IMG/VR virus record: IMGVR_UViG_2541047961_000008
DNA length: 38,571 bases
Reading direction: 5' to 3' (one strand)
DNA from: a virus
Taxonomy: Duplodnaviria; Heunggongvirae; Uroviricota; Caudoviricetes
The position numbers and the translations under genes are program-made. Position 1 is the stretch's first letter, and every line of letters begins with the position of its first letter. Below, in pieces: positions 20,282-29,842 of the stretch. A model generated the notes under the pieces. That model saw nothing but the letters and a program-made list of their open reading frames with translations, ran no database searches and had not been told where the DNA came from.

Positions 20282-21430
20282 ATGACCTGGCCATCTGTCA
20301 CGATTGAACAGTACAACACGTTCAGTAGCTCGCCGGACGGCGTGGAAAATACGCTGCTGTTTGTGGGCAATGCACAAAACAACAAAGGTAAGATTCTGCC
20401 GGTTAATGCCAACAGTGATCTGGATGAGCTACTGGGAACGAACGCCAGCCCACTGAAGAGTTTCCTTCAGTCCGCACTGACCAATGCCGGACAGAATGCC
20501 TTTTTCTATGTTGCCGTTCTGCCGGAAGCAGGCAGGGGCAAAGAAGCGACGCCAGCCTGCCAGGCATGGCAGAACGCCATACTGGCGGCTCAGGAAACTG
20601 TTTCAGTTGAAGGTGTGGTGATCACCGAGCCGGTCAGCGCAAAGGATGATATCAACACCATGCAGGCGCTACGTCAGACCATCATCAATAAATATCAGCG
20701 CCGCATCTGGTTCATCCTGACCATCGCCGCCAACGGCGGCAGTAAAACCTGGGCAGAATACGTTGCCGAACTGACCACACTACAGGAAGGTATTGCAGCC
20801 CCGCAGATCATGCTGGTTCCGGAGATTTTTGGATTTGAACCGGGCGTTCTTGCAGGTCGCCTGTGTAACAGCGCCGTCACCATTGCTGACAGTCCGGCAC
20901 GTGTGGCAACCGGGGCACTGTCCGCACTGAAAACCACAGAGCGCCCGAAGGACAGCGCGGGACAGACAATTGATCTCGCCACCCTGCAGGCGCTGGCAAC
21001 CGCCCGCTACAGCGTGCCCATGTGGTATGCCGACTATGACGGCCTTTACTGGGCCGACGGCGTGACACTTGAGGTGGAAGGCGGGGACTACAACGTCATC
21101 GAACATGTCCGCATTGCTGATAAGGTGGCGCGCCGCGTACGGCTGATGGCCATCCCCAAAATTGCCGATCGCTCACTGAACAGCACACCGGGCAGCATTG
21201 CCGCACATGAAACGCTGTTTGCCCGCCCGCTGCGTACCATGGCGAAATCCACGCAGATTAACGGTGTCACCTTTCCGGGCGAAGTGAAATCGCCACAAAA
21301 AGGCGATGTGGCCATCACCTGGCAGGACGAAAAGACGGTCAGCATCAGCATTGTTGTCCGCCCTTACGCCTGCCCCAAAACCATCAAAGTGGGCATTCAG
21401 CTGGACAAATCTCTGGAGGAGAACGCATGA
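20282..21430 (+). CDS. Putative tail sheath protein (non-P2 type)
   Basis: 382 aa from the ATG at 20282 (RBS caggag); lies between completion genes and the tube-chaperone-tape measure set; not obviously similar to P2 FI. Confidence 0.6.
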   Translation: MTWPSVTIEQYNTFSSSPDGVENTLLFVGNAQNNKGKILPVNANSDLDELLGTNASPLKSFLQSALTNAGQNAFFYVAVLPEAGRGKEATPACQAWQNAILAAQETVSVEGVVITEPVSAKDDINTMQALRQTIINKYQRRIWFILTIAANGGSKTWAEYVAELTTLQEGIAAPQIMLVPEIFGFEPGVLAGRLCNSAVTIADSPARVATGALSALKTTERPKDSAGQTIDLATLQALATARYSVPMWYADYDGLYWADGVTLEVEGGDYNVIEHVRIADKVARRVRLMAIPKIADRSLNSTPGSIAAHETLFARPLRTMAKSTQINGVTFPGEVKSPQKGDVAITWQDEKTVSISIVVRPYACPKTIKVGIQLDKSLEENA

Positions 21431-21882
21431 CAACCCGCATTAACGGCATGGCCTTTGATGTTTATGTTGGCGGAACGGATATCCGCGTAAAAAACATTTC
21501 GCTGGATATCAGCGACGAAAGCGCCGTGGCCAAAACCCGTGGCATCCCTGACGGCAAACTGCGCGGTCCCGTCAGTGCCGAAGGTGAAATCGAAATGAGC
21601 ACCCGCAGTTTTAACCAGCTCGGGGAAGCGGCCGCTCAGGCGGGATCGTGGCGTGACCTGCCATCAATGGATTTTGTGTTCTACGCCAACACAGGCACCG
21701 AAGAAATCCGCGTTGAAGTCTTCGGGTGTGAGCTGATGCTTTCGAACCTGTTAAGCATTGACACCGAGAGCGCGGATCTGACCACGCACAAAATCAAGTA
21801 CGTGGTGGCAAGCCCTGACTTTGTACGTATCAACGGCGTGCCCGTTCTCTCAGAGAACGACGTGCGCGGGCTGATGGGGTGA
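21427..21882 (+). CDS. Putative tail tube protein
   Basis: 151 aa, coupled to the sheath gene and upstream of chaperone and tape measure. Confidence 0.55.
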   Translation: MTTRINGMAFDVYVGGTDIRVKNISLDISDESAVAKTRGIPDGKLRGPVSAEGEIEMSTRSFNQLGEAAAQAGSWRDLPSMDFVFYANTGTEEIRVEVFGCELMLSNLLSIDTESADLTTHKIKYVVASPDFVRINGVPVLSENDVRGLMG

Positions 21883-21885
21883 ACC

Positions 21886-22182
21886 ATGCAGGAGCATGAA
21901 CGCACCATCATCACCCTGGGCATTCTGGGCGGAATCGCTGCCGCAAGTCGGGTGCTGGCTGGCGCAGAACCGATTACGTTGCGGTTGTTTGTGGGCCGAA
22001 CCCTGCTGGGGAGCGCGCTGGGTGTTTCTGCCGCCGCCCTGCTGGTTCGCTACCCGAACCTTGACCCACTGGCCATTGCCGGCGCAGGTACCGCAATGGG
22101 CGTTGCCGGTTACCAGATTGTGGAAATCTTCCTGCGCCACATGCGCCGGAAGCTGGACGAAAAAGAGAACAAAGAGGAGTAA
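21886..22182 (+). CDS. Putative holin
   Basis: 98 aa with hydrophobic segments (IITLGILGGIAAA, LLGSALGVSAAALL, AIAGAGTAMGVAG) and a charged C-tail; immediately upstream of an endolysin. Confidence 0.5.
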   Translation: MQEHERTIITLGILGGIAAASRVLAGAEPITLRLFVGRTLLGSALGVSAAALLVRYPNLDPLAIAGAGTAMGVAGYQIVEIFLRHMRRKLDEKENKEE

Positions 22183-22187
22183 CCGCA

Positions 22188-22295
22188 ATGCAGTCCCGCA
22201 GGGATCAGAAAGCCGCTGCCATTGTCTGGAAAATTATCCGGGCGTTGTGGCGCTGGTTGCGTAAACCTCAACAACCCCGTAAGGAGCAAAAATGA
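22188..22295 (+). CDS. Candidate 35-aa basic amphipathic peptide (MQSRRDQKAAAIVWKIIRALWRWLRKPQQPRKEQK)
   Basis: Unannotated small ORF between holin and endolysin; its stop overlaps the endolysin start. Confidence 0.25.
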   Translation: MQSRRDQKAAAIVWKIIRALWRWLRKPQQPRKEQK

Positions 22296-22633
22296 AACTC
22301 TCCGATAAGCAACAACAATTTACCGTCATGATCGGAAAACTCATCCAGTTTGCCCATCAGCGCGGTTATGGCCTGACGTTCGGTGAGGCGTACCGCACGC
22401 CAGAGCAGGCAAAACTCAACGCACAAAAGGGTTCCGGCATCACCAACAGTCTGCACTGCCAGCGACTGGCGGTGGATTTTAATCTGTTTATTAACGGTGA
22501 ATACCAGACCCGCACAGAGGCTTACCGCGAACTGGGCGAGTACTGGGAATCCCTCGGCGGCTCATGGGGCGGTCGTTTTAAAAACCGCCCGGATGGCAAT
22601 CATTTCAGCCTTGAGCACGACGGTGTGCGCTGA
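22292..22633 (+). CDS. Endolysin, M15-family zinc peptidase
   Basis: 113 aa; H...D...H metal-binding pattern (SLHCQRLAVDFNL...DGNHFSLEHD) typical of small M15 peptidase endolysins. Confidence 0.7.
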   Translation: MKLSDKQQQFTVMIGKLIQFAHQRGYGLTFGEAYRTPEQAKLNAQKGSGITNSLHCQRLAVDFNLFINGEYQTRTEAYRELGEYWESLGGSWGGRFKNRPDGNHFSLEHDGVR

Positions 22634-22639
22634 TTTTAC

Positions 22640-22671
22640 GCTTAATAAGCCTTCCTGCAGGCTTATTAAGC
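22640..22671 (+). terminator. Perfect 12-bp inverted-repeat hairpin after the lysis genes (candidate terminator/attenuator)
   Basis: gcttaataagcc-ttcctgca-ggcttattaagc followed by ccccttattctt (weak T-tract). Confidence 0.35.
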
Positions 22672-22697
22672 CCCCTTATTCTTGACATTAACAGGAC

Positions 22698-22991
22698 ATG
22701 ATGATGAACGATAAAAACACCCAGACCACCGCAGAGAACGCCATCACTTTACAGGTCGGCGAGCATGAACTGACGTTTATCCCGACGGTGAAAGACTACA
22801 ACGACCTGCAGAACGACTTCATGCCGGACAATAAAATTGCACCGCTGAAAAACTACCTGCGCCGCATCGTGATTAAAGAGCACCGCGATCTGCTGAACCA
22901 GTTGCTGGAAAAACCGGGAATGCCGGCCAGCCTGGCAACAGCCGTGAATAACGAATTTGTGCCGGAAGTGGAGATCACCGTAAAAAAATAA
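22698..22991 (+). CDS. Tail assembly chaperone (gpE-like)
   Basis: 97-aa acidic protein directly upstream of the tape measure; ends in the slippery A-run gtaaaaaaataa. Confidence 0.6.
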   Translation: MMMNDKNTQTTAENAITLQVGEHELTFIPTVKDYNDLQNDFMPDNKIAPLKNYLRRIVIKEHRDLLNQLLEKPGMPASLATAVNNEFVPEVEITVKK

Positions 22992-23178
22992 AAAGCCGTC
23001 TGGAGGCCATTAACCGTAATGACCTTACCCGGATGCTGATCCTGCGCCGCCACTGGCTGCCCGGTGAGGATGATTCGCCGCAGTCACTGGCGGCCGCCAT
23101 CTGGCTGGATAACCACTACTGGGAAAACATGAGCGTCGCCGTCAATAACGGCATTATCCGTGCTTTTAAGGGATCGTA
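22698..23178 (+). CDS. Tail assembly chaperone frameshift product (gpE+E' analogue) via -1 slip in the A7 tract near 22982-22988
   Basis: The -1 frame after the A-run is open to 23178 (…KIKSRLEAINRNDLTRMLILRRHWLPGEDDSPQSLAAAIWLDNHYWENMSVAVNNGIIRAFKGS) and ends 1 nt before the tape measure ATG. Confidence 0.55.
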
Positions 23179-25275
23179 ATGTCACAACAGCGCCTTGAAT
23201 TACTTCTTGAACTGACAGACCGCCTGACAAGGCCGTTGCGCGCAGCCGGGCGACAGGTTCAGGGATTTGCTGCAACAAGTCGGGGAGCCTTTCGGGACAT
23301 TGCTACCGGAGGCGCTGCGCTCTGGGGAGTGGGTGCAGCCATCCAGGGTGCACTGATGCCAGCTATTGAAATGGACAGGGCGCTCGGTGAGGTGAAATCA
23401 CTGGGCGTCGCAGAGTCCGGATTGCGTAAACTCAGCCGTGCCGCCATTGATTTCACTATGGAATACGGCGGGGCTGCGCAGGATTTTGTGCGTGCTTCTT
23501 ACGACATCCAGTCAGCCATTGCCGGGTTAACTGACGATGAGCTGTCCCGCTTCACCACCGCATCAGCAACAGTGGCAGCAGCAACCAAATCCAGCAGCCA
23601 GACCATTACCGCCTACATGGGCACCATGTACGGCATCTTTAAAGACCAGGCTGATGCCATGGGAAAAAGCAAATGGGTGGAGCAGATCGCCGGACAAACC
23701 GCCACTGCCGTGCAAATGTTTAAAACAACCGGCGATAACATGTCAGCGGCGTTCACCACACTGGGGGCCAGCGCAAAAGCGGCCGGTATTGATGCGGCTG
23801 AACAGTTCGCCGTGCTGGGGCAACTGCAGGCCACCATGAGTGGCAGTGAAGCCGGGACAAAGTACAAGGCATTTCTTGCCGCAGTAGGTAGCGCCCAGAA
23901 AAAGCTGGGGCTTAATTTCGTGAATAAAGACGGCACGATGAAAAGTGTTGTCGAGATCATGAAACTTATCAGGGGTAAATTTGGTGATCTGTCAAAAGTG
24001 GCTGATTCCGATTTGCTGAAAAGCGCCTTTGGCTCCGATGAAGCTGTGGCCATGATTAAATTACTCAATGCGGACATTGGCGGACTTGAAAAGAATATCG
24101 CCACGCTGGGCAATATCAAAGGTATGGATAAGGCTGTCGAAATGGCGCAGGCCATGGCTGATCCATGGGAACAGGCCGCCGCAATTATTAACGGCATTCG
24201 CATTGAAATTGGCACACAACTGTTACCCGTTCTGTATCCATTCATTCAGAAAAGCAACGAAGGCGGTAAATCCTTTGTTGCCTGGTTGCGTCTGTATCCA
24301 AACATCACACGTGCAATCGGCTTATTAAGCGCGGCACTTATTGGTGTTGCGGCGGTTGGCGCAACGGTCAATATCGTAATGGGGGTGGCGAAATTTATCT
24401 GGGTGGGATTACGCATGGTCTGGATGGCCGCAATCGCACCACTGAAATTAATCATCTTTCTGTATCGTGCCCTGAAAGTGGTTATGCTGGCGTTCTGTGC
24501 TACTGCCCGCATGGTCAGGGCATTATATCTGGCGATGAGTATCGCCATGGGGGCGCACAATGTCAGGGCCAAAATTCAGATTGCACTGCTGAAACTGCAA
24601 CGCATCGGTATGTGGCTTTATTCTGCCGCACTGGGCGCTGCAGCTGTGGCCATGAAAATTTATACCGCTGTTACCGGTGGCGCAGCCGTTGCCACTCAGC
24701 TACTTTTCAGCCCGATAACGTTAATCATCCTGGCACTGGCTGCGCTGGGCGTGGGCATTTATTTTCTGATTACCCGCTGGGATGAGATCAAAGCGGCACT
24801 GATGGATACAGCCGCTTTTCAGTGGGTAACCAGTGTCATAAAAAATATAGCTGTATGGTTCGGCAATACCTGGAAAGGCATTAAAAGCGGCTGGGATGCC
24901 GTTATTAATTATTTTTCCGCCCGCTCACCGCTGGAAATATTTCAGGATTATGTCCGTCTGATTAATAAATTATTTTCAGGACTATGGCGCACAATTATCG
25001 GTATGTTCAGCTCAGCATTCAGATGGATTGCTGACAAGCTGAATATGCTCCCGGGTATAAATATTGATGTACCAGAAATTACAAATAACAGTGAGGGTTC
25101 TGTATTAACCGGTGGAAAAGTCATTAGCGCCGGGCCAGGTGGCATTGCGGCAAAAATGCAAAATAACAGCGACAGCCAGACCACAATTGATAACTCCCGT
25201 CGCGTGGTCAATGTCAATGTGCAGGATGCATCCCCGGCCCACCTTAATGAATGGATGGAGCTGCATGCATACTGA
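23179..25275 (+). CDS. Tail tape measure protein
   Basis: 698 aa, alpha-helical/Ala-rich with a C-terminal hydrophobic block; follows the chaperone pair. Confidence 0.8.
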   Translation: MSQQRLELLLELTDRLTRPLRAAGRQVQGFAATSRGAFRDIATGGAALWGVGAAIQGALMPAIEMDRALGEVKSLGVAESGLRKLSRAAIDFTMEYGGAAQDFVRASYDIQSAIAGLTDDELSRFTTASATVAAATKSSSQTITAYMGTMYGIFKDQADAMGKSKWVEQIAGQTATAVQMFKTTGDNMSAAFTTLGASAKAAGIDAAEQFAVLGQLQATMSGSEAGTKYKAFLAAVGSAQKKLGLNFVNKDGTMKSVVEIMKLIRGKFGDLSKVADSDLLKSAFGSDEAVAMIKLLNADIGGLEKNIATLGNIKGMDKAVEMAQAMADPWEQAAAIINGIRIEIGTQLLPVLYPFIQKSNEGGKSFVAWLRLYPNITRAIGLLSAALIGVAAVGATVNIVMGVAKFIWVGLRMVWMAAIAPLKLIIFLYRALKVVMLAFCATARMVRALYLAMSIAMGAHNVRAKIQIALLKLQRIGMWLYSAALGAAAVAMKIYTAVTGGAAVATQLLFSPITLIILALAALGVGIYFLITRWDEIKAALMDTAAFQWVTSVIKNIAVWFGNTWKGIKSGWDAVINYFSARSPLEIFQDYVRLINKLFSGLWRTIIGMFSSAFRWIADKLNMLPGINIDVPEITNNSEGSVLTGGKVISAGPGGIAAKMQNNSDSQTTIDNSRRVVNVNVQDASPAHLNEWMELHAY

Positions 25276-25615
25276 TAAACCGCTTTACATTGATTTGCTT
25301 ATCACCGGTCGCAATTTCACGCTGAACAGCGCCGCCGAACCGGTGCTGTGCAACAACAGGGAAAGCATTGCCCAGGACTGCCAGCACGCCATCATTGAAA
25401 GCGGACTGGCAACGCGCCTGCTGGCTGAAAAAAGCCCGACGCTTCGCGCCGACATTATGATGCAGATGACACTGCTGATTGAAGATGATGAGCGCATCAC
25501 ACCCGGCACGGTCAGTGTGACAGAGGAAACCCCGCTTTCCGGCCGCCTGCTGATTAGCGCCCACACCGAAGATTTTTTTGATCCCCTGACTTTTACGGTA
25601 TCTCTTGATGATTAA
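25265..25615 (+). CDS. Baseplate protein, gpW/gp25-like
   Basis: 116 aa from the ATG at 25265 (in frame with ORF 25112-25615); size and position before the J-like gene match P2 W. Confidence 0.5.
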   Translation: MHTDKPLYIDLLITGRNFTLNSAAEPVLCNNRESIAQDCQHAIIESGLATRLLAEKSPTLRADIMMQMTLLIEDDERITPGTVSVTEETPLSGRLLISAHTEDFFDPLTFTVSLDD

Positions 25616-26792
25616 CGGCAAACCAACCGCAGATTACGAGCGCATTCTGGCTGATAACGGCATGCCGGTAACCGAAGAACAGGCGCGCACTGAATTTGAG
25701 GCCATCGTTAAAGACGAAGGGCTTATCACTAACACATCCCGCATGTCGCCGTTCTGGCGGTTGATTACAGCCATTACCACAAAGCCCGTGATGTGGCTGA
25801 AAGATGCACTGGTTAATGTGGTAATGAAAAACCTGTTTCTGGTAAGTGCCAGCGGTGTATTTGTGGATGTTTTCGCATGGGCGGTAAACCTGCAGCGCAA
25901 GGCTGCCACGCACGCAGCTGGCGTGATTCGTTTCACAAAAGACGACATTGATCACGCGGTCACCGTACCGGCTGGTACGCAGATTCAGACAGAACGCATT
26001 AACGGCGTGATTTATACGCTGACCGTTGTCAGGGATACCATTATTCCGGCAGGAACACTCAGCATGAACATCGATGTTTCTGCTGAACAGGCCGGAGCCG
26101 GGTTTAACCTCGCGCCGGGGTATTACCGCATTCTTCCGGTGGCGATTAATGGTATCGCCGGCGTTGAGAACGACGAAAACTGGCTGACCACGCCGGGGGC
26201 CAACGAAGAAAGCGACGACGAACTGCGTGATCGCGTTCGCAATCAGTTTAATCTTGCCGGTGCTTATCACACCGACGCTGTTTACCGGGGATTAATTGCC
26301 GGTGTTGCCGGCATCAGTGCCGACCGCATCTATTTTTTGCATGACGCACCACGCGGCCCCGGCACAGCAAACGCTTACATTCTGCTGGATACCGGCATCG
26401 CATCCGGACCGTTCGTTGATGCAGTAAACGCATTTATTAACGATGAAGGTCATCACGGACACGGCGATGATTTGCGCTGTTTTTCCATGCCTGAAACGCG
26501 CCATGCCCTGACCGTGACACTCTGGCTGTATGCAACACTGAACCTCAACGCTGAAGAGATACGGGCTTTATTACGCAACGTAGAGAATCTGGTCCGCTGT
26601 GCGTTTCGCGAAAACAGCGATTATGACGTTCAGAAAACATGGCCGTACAGCCGTTTCAGCATGTCCCGACTGGGCGAAGAGATCCACCAGGTATTTCCGC
26701 AGGTGGAATCGGTCACGTTTTCCCTTCCGGATATTCTCAGCGACCTGGCTGTGCCTCGCCTGGAATCCCTTATCGTGGAGGTGGGGTCATGA
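25608..26792 (+). CDS. Baseplate wedge protein, gpJ-like
   Basis: 394 aa from the ATG at 25608 (track starts at a TTG at 25605); in the W-J-I order. Confidence 0.7.
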   Translation: MINGKPTADYERILADNGMPVTEEQARTEFEAIVKDEGLITNTSRMSPFWRLITAITTKPVMWLKDALVNVVMKNLFLVSASGVFVDVFAWAVNLQRKAATHAAGVIRFTKDDIDHAVTVPAGTQIQTERINGVIYTLTVVRDTIIPAGTLSMNIDVSAEQAGAGFNLAPGYYRILPVAINGIAGVENDENWLTTPGANEESDDELRDRVRNQFNLAGAYHTDAVYRGLIAGVAGISADRIYFLHDAPRGPGTANAYILLDTGIASGPFVDAVNAFINDEGHHGHGDDLRCFSMPETRHALTVTLWLYATLNLNAEEIRALLRNVENLVRCAFRENSDYDVQKTWPYSRFSMSRLGEEIHQVFPQVESVTFSLPDILSDLAVPRLESLIVEVGS

Positions 26793-27424
26793 ATATTCCG
26801 GAGATGCCCGAATTCCCTCTCCCAACCTGGATGAACAAGGGAGAGCCATTAACACTGGCACATTCTTCACATCGTTACTGGGAGAAGGTCTACAGCTGGC
26901 TGACATGGCCACTACAGCAAATTGATGTTGATACCTGCGCAGAGCCTCTGCTTAACCTGCTGGCCTATCAGCGCAACATCACCCGCTTCAGTGGGGAGCC
27001 AGTTTCATTATTTCGCTTAAGGGTAAAACACGCGTTTATCAACGCTCAGGACTCGGGCGAACGTGCCGGCTTCGAACGCATCTTTAAGCGCCTTGGCGTG
27101 GGAGAGGTAAAAACCCTGGAACGACAGCTGCAGCATGACTGGGACGTTATTTTACTGCGCATCAATGACACCCAGTTAAGCGAAAACAATGCCCTGATGA
27201 TGCAGCTCGTGCGCCAGTATGGCCGTACCTGCAGGCGCTATTTCTTTCAGGTGATTAATACAACCACCGCTTACCTGACAGCCGGCACATTCAGCGGTGA
27301 TTACCGGTATTACGTGGCAAAAGCGACGATACGACCAGGCACAATCAGATTAAACGCATCATTACAGGCAGGGCATTACGGATTATCCGTGGAGCATTAC
27401 ACATTACAGGCAGGTAACGTATGA
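26789..27424 (+). CDS. Baseplate/tail protein, gpI-like
   Basis: 211 aa from the ATG at 26789, coupled to J; immediately upstream of the tail fibre. Confidence 0.6.
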   Translation: MNIPEMPEFPLPTWMNKGEPLTLAHSSHRYWEKVYSWLTWPLQQIDVDTCAEPLLNLLAYQRNITRFSGEPVSLFRLRVKHAFINAQDSGERAGFERIFKRLGVGEVKTLERQLQHDWDVILLRINDTQLSENNALMMQLVRQYGRTCRRYFFQVINTTTAYLTAGTFSGDYRYYVAKATIRPGTIRLNASLQAGHYGLSVEHYTLQAGNV

Positions 27425-29286
27425 GCACAATTATTACCGAACAATATGAAAACTGGTGCGCAGATCAGATTATCAGCGATAAACCCGCACGCCCGGATAT
27501 GTTTGTTTTTGCGTATATTCCGGGACAGGATGAGTCTGCAGAAATTCCCCGTGATGAGGCTTTGCCCGATGAATCCATGATTCAGTATCGCGCGCCGGTC
27601 ACTCAGTATGGACTGCTGTCCCCGAATGCTGCCGCATTTTCCATTATTCTGGACACCACTATCGGTGACTTCGAATATAACTGGATTGGCCTCATGAACG
27701 AAGAAAGCGGCGTGCTCTGCATGATTGCACACACACCGCGCCAGCAAAAAATTAAAACAGCAAACGGCGTGCAGGGAAATAACCTTATTCGCACCTTTGC
27801 CATGGAGTTTGACGGTGCGGCAGCGGCAATGCATATCGATGTCAGTGCTGATGTCTGGCAGATTGATTTTACTGCCCGACTCGCGGGAATGGATGAATCA
27901 CGTCGCCTGTTGGCATTTGATCACTACGGTGAAGCTGCCTTTCTGGGGGACGGTTTTCAGGTCAGCTATCAGGACGGTACCGCCACTGTTGCCGCCGGCG
28001 TGGGTTATGTGGGAGGCCTGCGCGTCAGTCTGCGCGAACCTTACAGCCTGCCGGCTGCGGTCGGGGATACCCTCTGGATTGATGCAAGCTGGCAGGGATT
28101 TGTTACCGGCGAATGGAATACCGTTTTTACGTTCTGCGCCCGCAAGGAACATGCGTCCTATACAGACGGTAACGGCTTCCGACACTTTGTCGCGCCACTT
28201 GCAAAAATGACAGCAGGCGGCCCACAGGACCTGCGCCCGGAGACACCCGACGAGGAGCAAAGCAATGCACTGGCAGAGCACGAAAAATCCCGCAGACACC
28301 CGGACGCCACGCTGAACGAGAAAGGCTTTGCGCAGTACAGCAACGACACCGACAGCGACGCAGAAGACCGCGCCGCCACTTCAAAGGCGGTAAAAGCCGC
28401 AATGGATAAGGCAAAAAGCGCTGTTGAGCGAGACGGCGATACCATGACCGGGGAACTGAAAATCCGTGGTGTTAATGCGCTGCGAATTTTCAACGAAGCC
28501 TTTGGTCTGATTTTTCGTCGTTCGGAAGAGTGTCTGCACCTTATCCCTACCAGTGAAGGTCAGGGTGAAAATGGCGATATTGGTCCCCTGCGTCCGTTCA
28601 CCATAAATTTGCGGACGGGTGAAATATCCATGTCGCACAAAGTGTCTGTTGGCGGCGGTTCTCAGGTCAATGGTGCGCTGGGTATCGGTGTTCAGAATGC
28701 GCTGGGCGGTAACTCAATTGCTTTCGGGGATAACGATACAGGTATAAAACAAAACGGCGACGGCATTCTGGATGTTTATGCGAATGGACAGCATGTATTT
28801 CGTTTCCAGAATGGTGTGGCGATAGCGTTAAAAAATATTCAGGCCGGAAATGCTAAAAAATTCACGTTATCCAGCGCCAACAACTCAACGAAAAACGCAA
28901 CGTTTAATTTATGGGGCAATTCGTCCCGTCCTGTAGTTGCAGAGCTTGGTGATGATTCCGGCTGGCATTTTTACAGCCAGAGAAATACGGATAACAGTAT
29001 AACGTTCGCTGTAAACGGACAGATGGTCCCGTCAAATTATGGAAATTTCGATGCCCGTTACCAGACCAAATCAGGGGGCGTGCAGAATTTTCAGTACACC
29101 AGTGAGGTGTTTTACAACCCTGGTGGGAATGAGCGCAGCTGGACGTTTCGGGCACCTTCTGGTTGTGTTTTGTCAGGCATTAATGTTCAGGACACTGGCA
29201 GTAACTCTGCAGATAATATCGGTGGCGTGTATTACAAACAGGCTCAGATTTATATCAATGGTGCATGGCGATCCGTATCAGGTTAA
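27421..29286 (+). CDS. H: Tail fibre protein (P2 gpH-like)
   Basis: 621 aa; motif AEHEKSRRHPDATLNEKGF...AATSKAVKAAMD matches the P2 H collar region as I recall it; variable C-terminal tip. Confidence 0.85.
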   Translation: MSTIITEQYENWCADQIISDKPARPDMFVFAYIPGQDESAEIPRDEALPDESMIQYRAPVTQYGLLSPNAAAFSIILDTTIGDFEYNWIGLMNEESGVLCMIAHTPRQQKIKTANGVQGNNLIRTFAMEFDGAAAAMHIDVSADVWQIDFTARLAGMDESRRLLAFDHYGEAAFLGDGFQVSYQDGTATVAAGVGYVGGLRVSLREPYSLPAAVGDTLWIDASWQGFVTGEWNTVFTFCARKEHASYTDGNGFRHFVAPLAKMTAGGPQDLRPETPDEEQSNALAEHEKSRRHPDATLNEKGFAQYSNDTDSDAEDRAATSKAVKAAMDKAKSAVERDGDTMTGELKIRGVNALRIFNEAFGLIFRRSEECLHLIPTSEGQGENGDIGPLRPFTINLRTGEISMSHKVSVGGGSQVNGALGIGVQNALGGNSIAFGDNDTGIKQNGDGILDVYANGQHVFRFQNGVAIALKNIQAGNAKKFTLSSANNSTKNATFNLWGNSSRPVVAELGDDSGWHFYSQRNTDNSITFAVNGQMVPSNYGNFDARYQTKSGGVQNFQYTSEVFYNPGGNERSWTFRAPSGCVLSGINVQDTGSNSADNIGGVYYKQAQIYINGAWRSVSG

Positions 29287-29299
29287 TTAAGGAGAAATA

Positions 29300-29842
29300 A
29301 TGGAACTCGTAAACGTTACGCGTTACTACCCTGAAGATATGCCTTATGGTGAAGGCATTCAGTATTTCCGTAGTGAAGACGGGCAGGATTTTTATGAATC
29401 ACTGGATAAGTTCACGAAGAAATACAAGCTGTGCACACATCCTGAAACTGGCGTTATTTATTCCATGGCGGAAGATGTATCCCGCCTTTATCCCGTTGGT
29501 TTTACCATTGTGGAAGTGGATGAACTACCGGAAGGATTTTGTATTGAAGCCCGCTGGTATTATAAAGACGGTGAAGTGCTGCCGGTCCCTGTTGACTACC
29601 GGCAGCAGGCAGAGTCGGAGCGTGCACGTCTTACTGCGATTGCCGAACGGGAAATATCCGATAAGAAGACGGATTTACTTCTGGGAATCATCAGTGATGA
29701 AGAAAAAGAAAAGTTGACAGCCTGGCGCATTTACGCGAAATCGCTGCAGGCGATGGATTTCAGCCAGATTACCGATAAATCATCGTATGCCACAATTGTA
29801 TGGCCGGAATTACCGCAGGATATTAACGAGAATAAAAAATAA
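29300..29842 (+). CDS. Tail fibre assembly protein (gpG/Tfa-like)
   Basis: 180 aa directly downstream of the fibre gene; C-terminal segment LTAWRIYAKSLQAMDFS typical of the Tfa family. Confidence 0.75.
   Translation: MELVNVTRYYPEDMPYGEGIQYFRSEDGQDFYESLDKFTKKYKLCTHPETGVIYSMAEDVSRLYPVGFTIVEVDELPEGFCIEARWYYKDGEVLPVPVDYRQQAESERARLTAIAEREISDKKTDLLLGIISDEEKEKLTAWRIYAKSLQAMDFSQITDKSSYATIVWPELPQDINENKK

Noticed and set aside
22683-22697. TTGACA hexamer just upstream of the chaperone gene as a sigma-70 promoter
   Set aside because: Only ~10 bp before the start codon, leaving no room for a -10 element and leader; probably coincidental.
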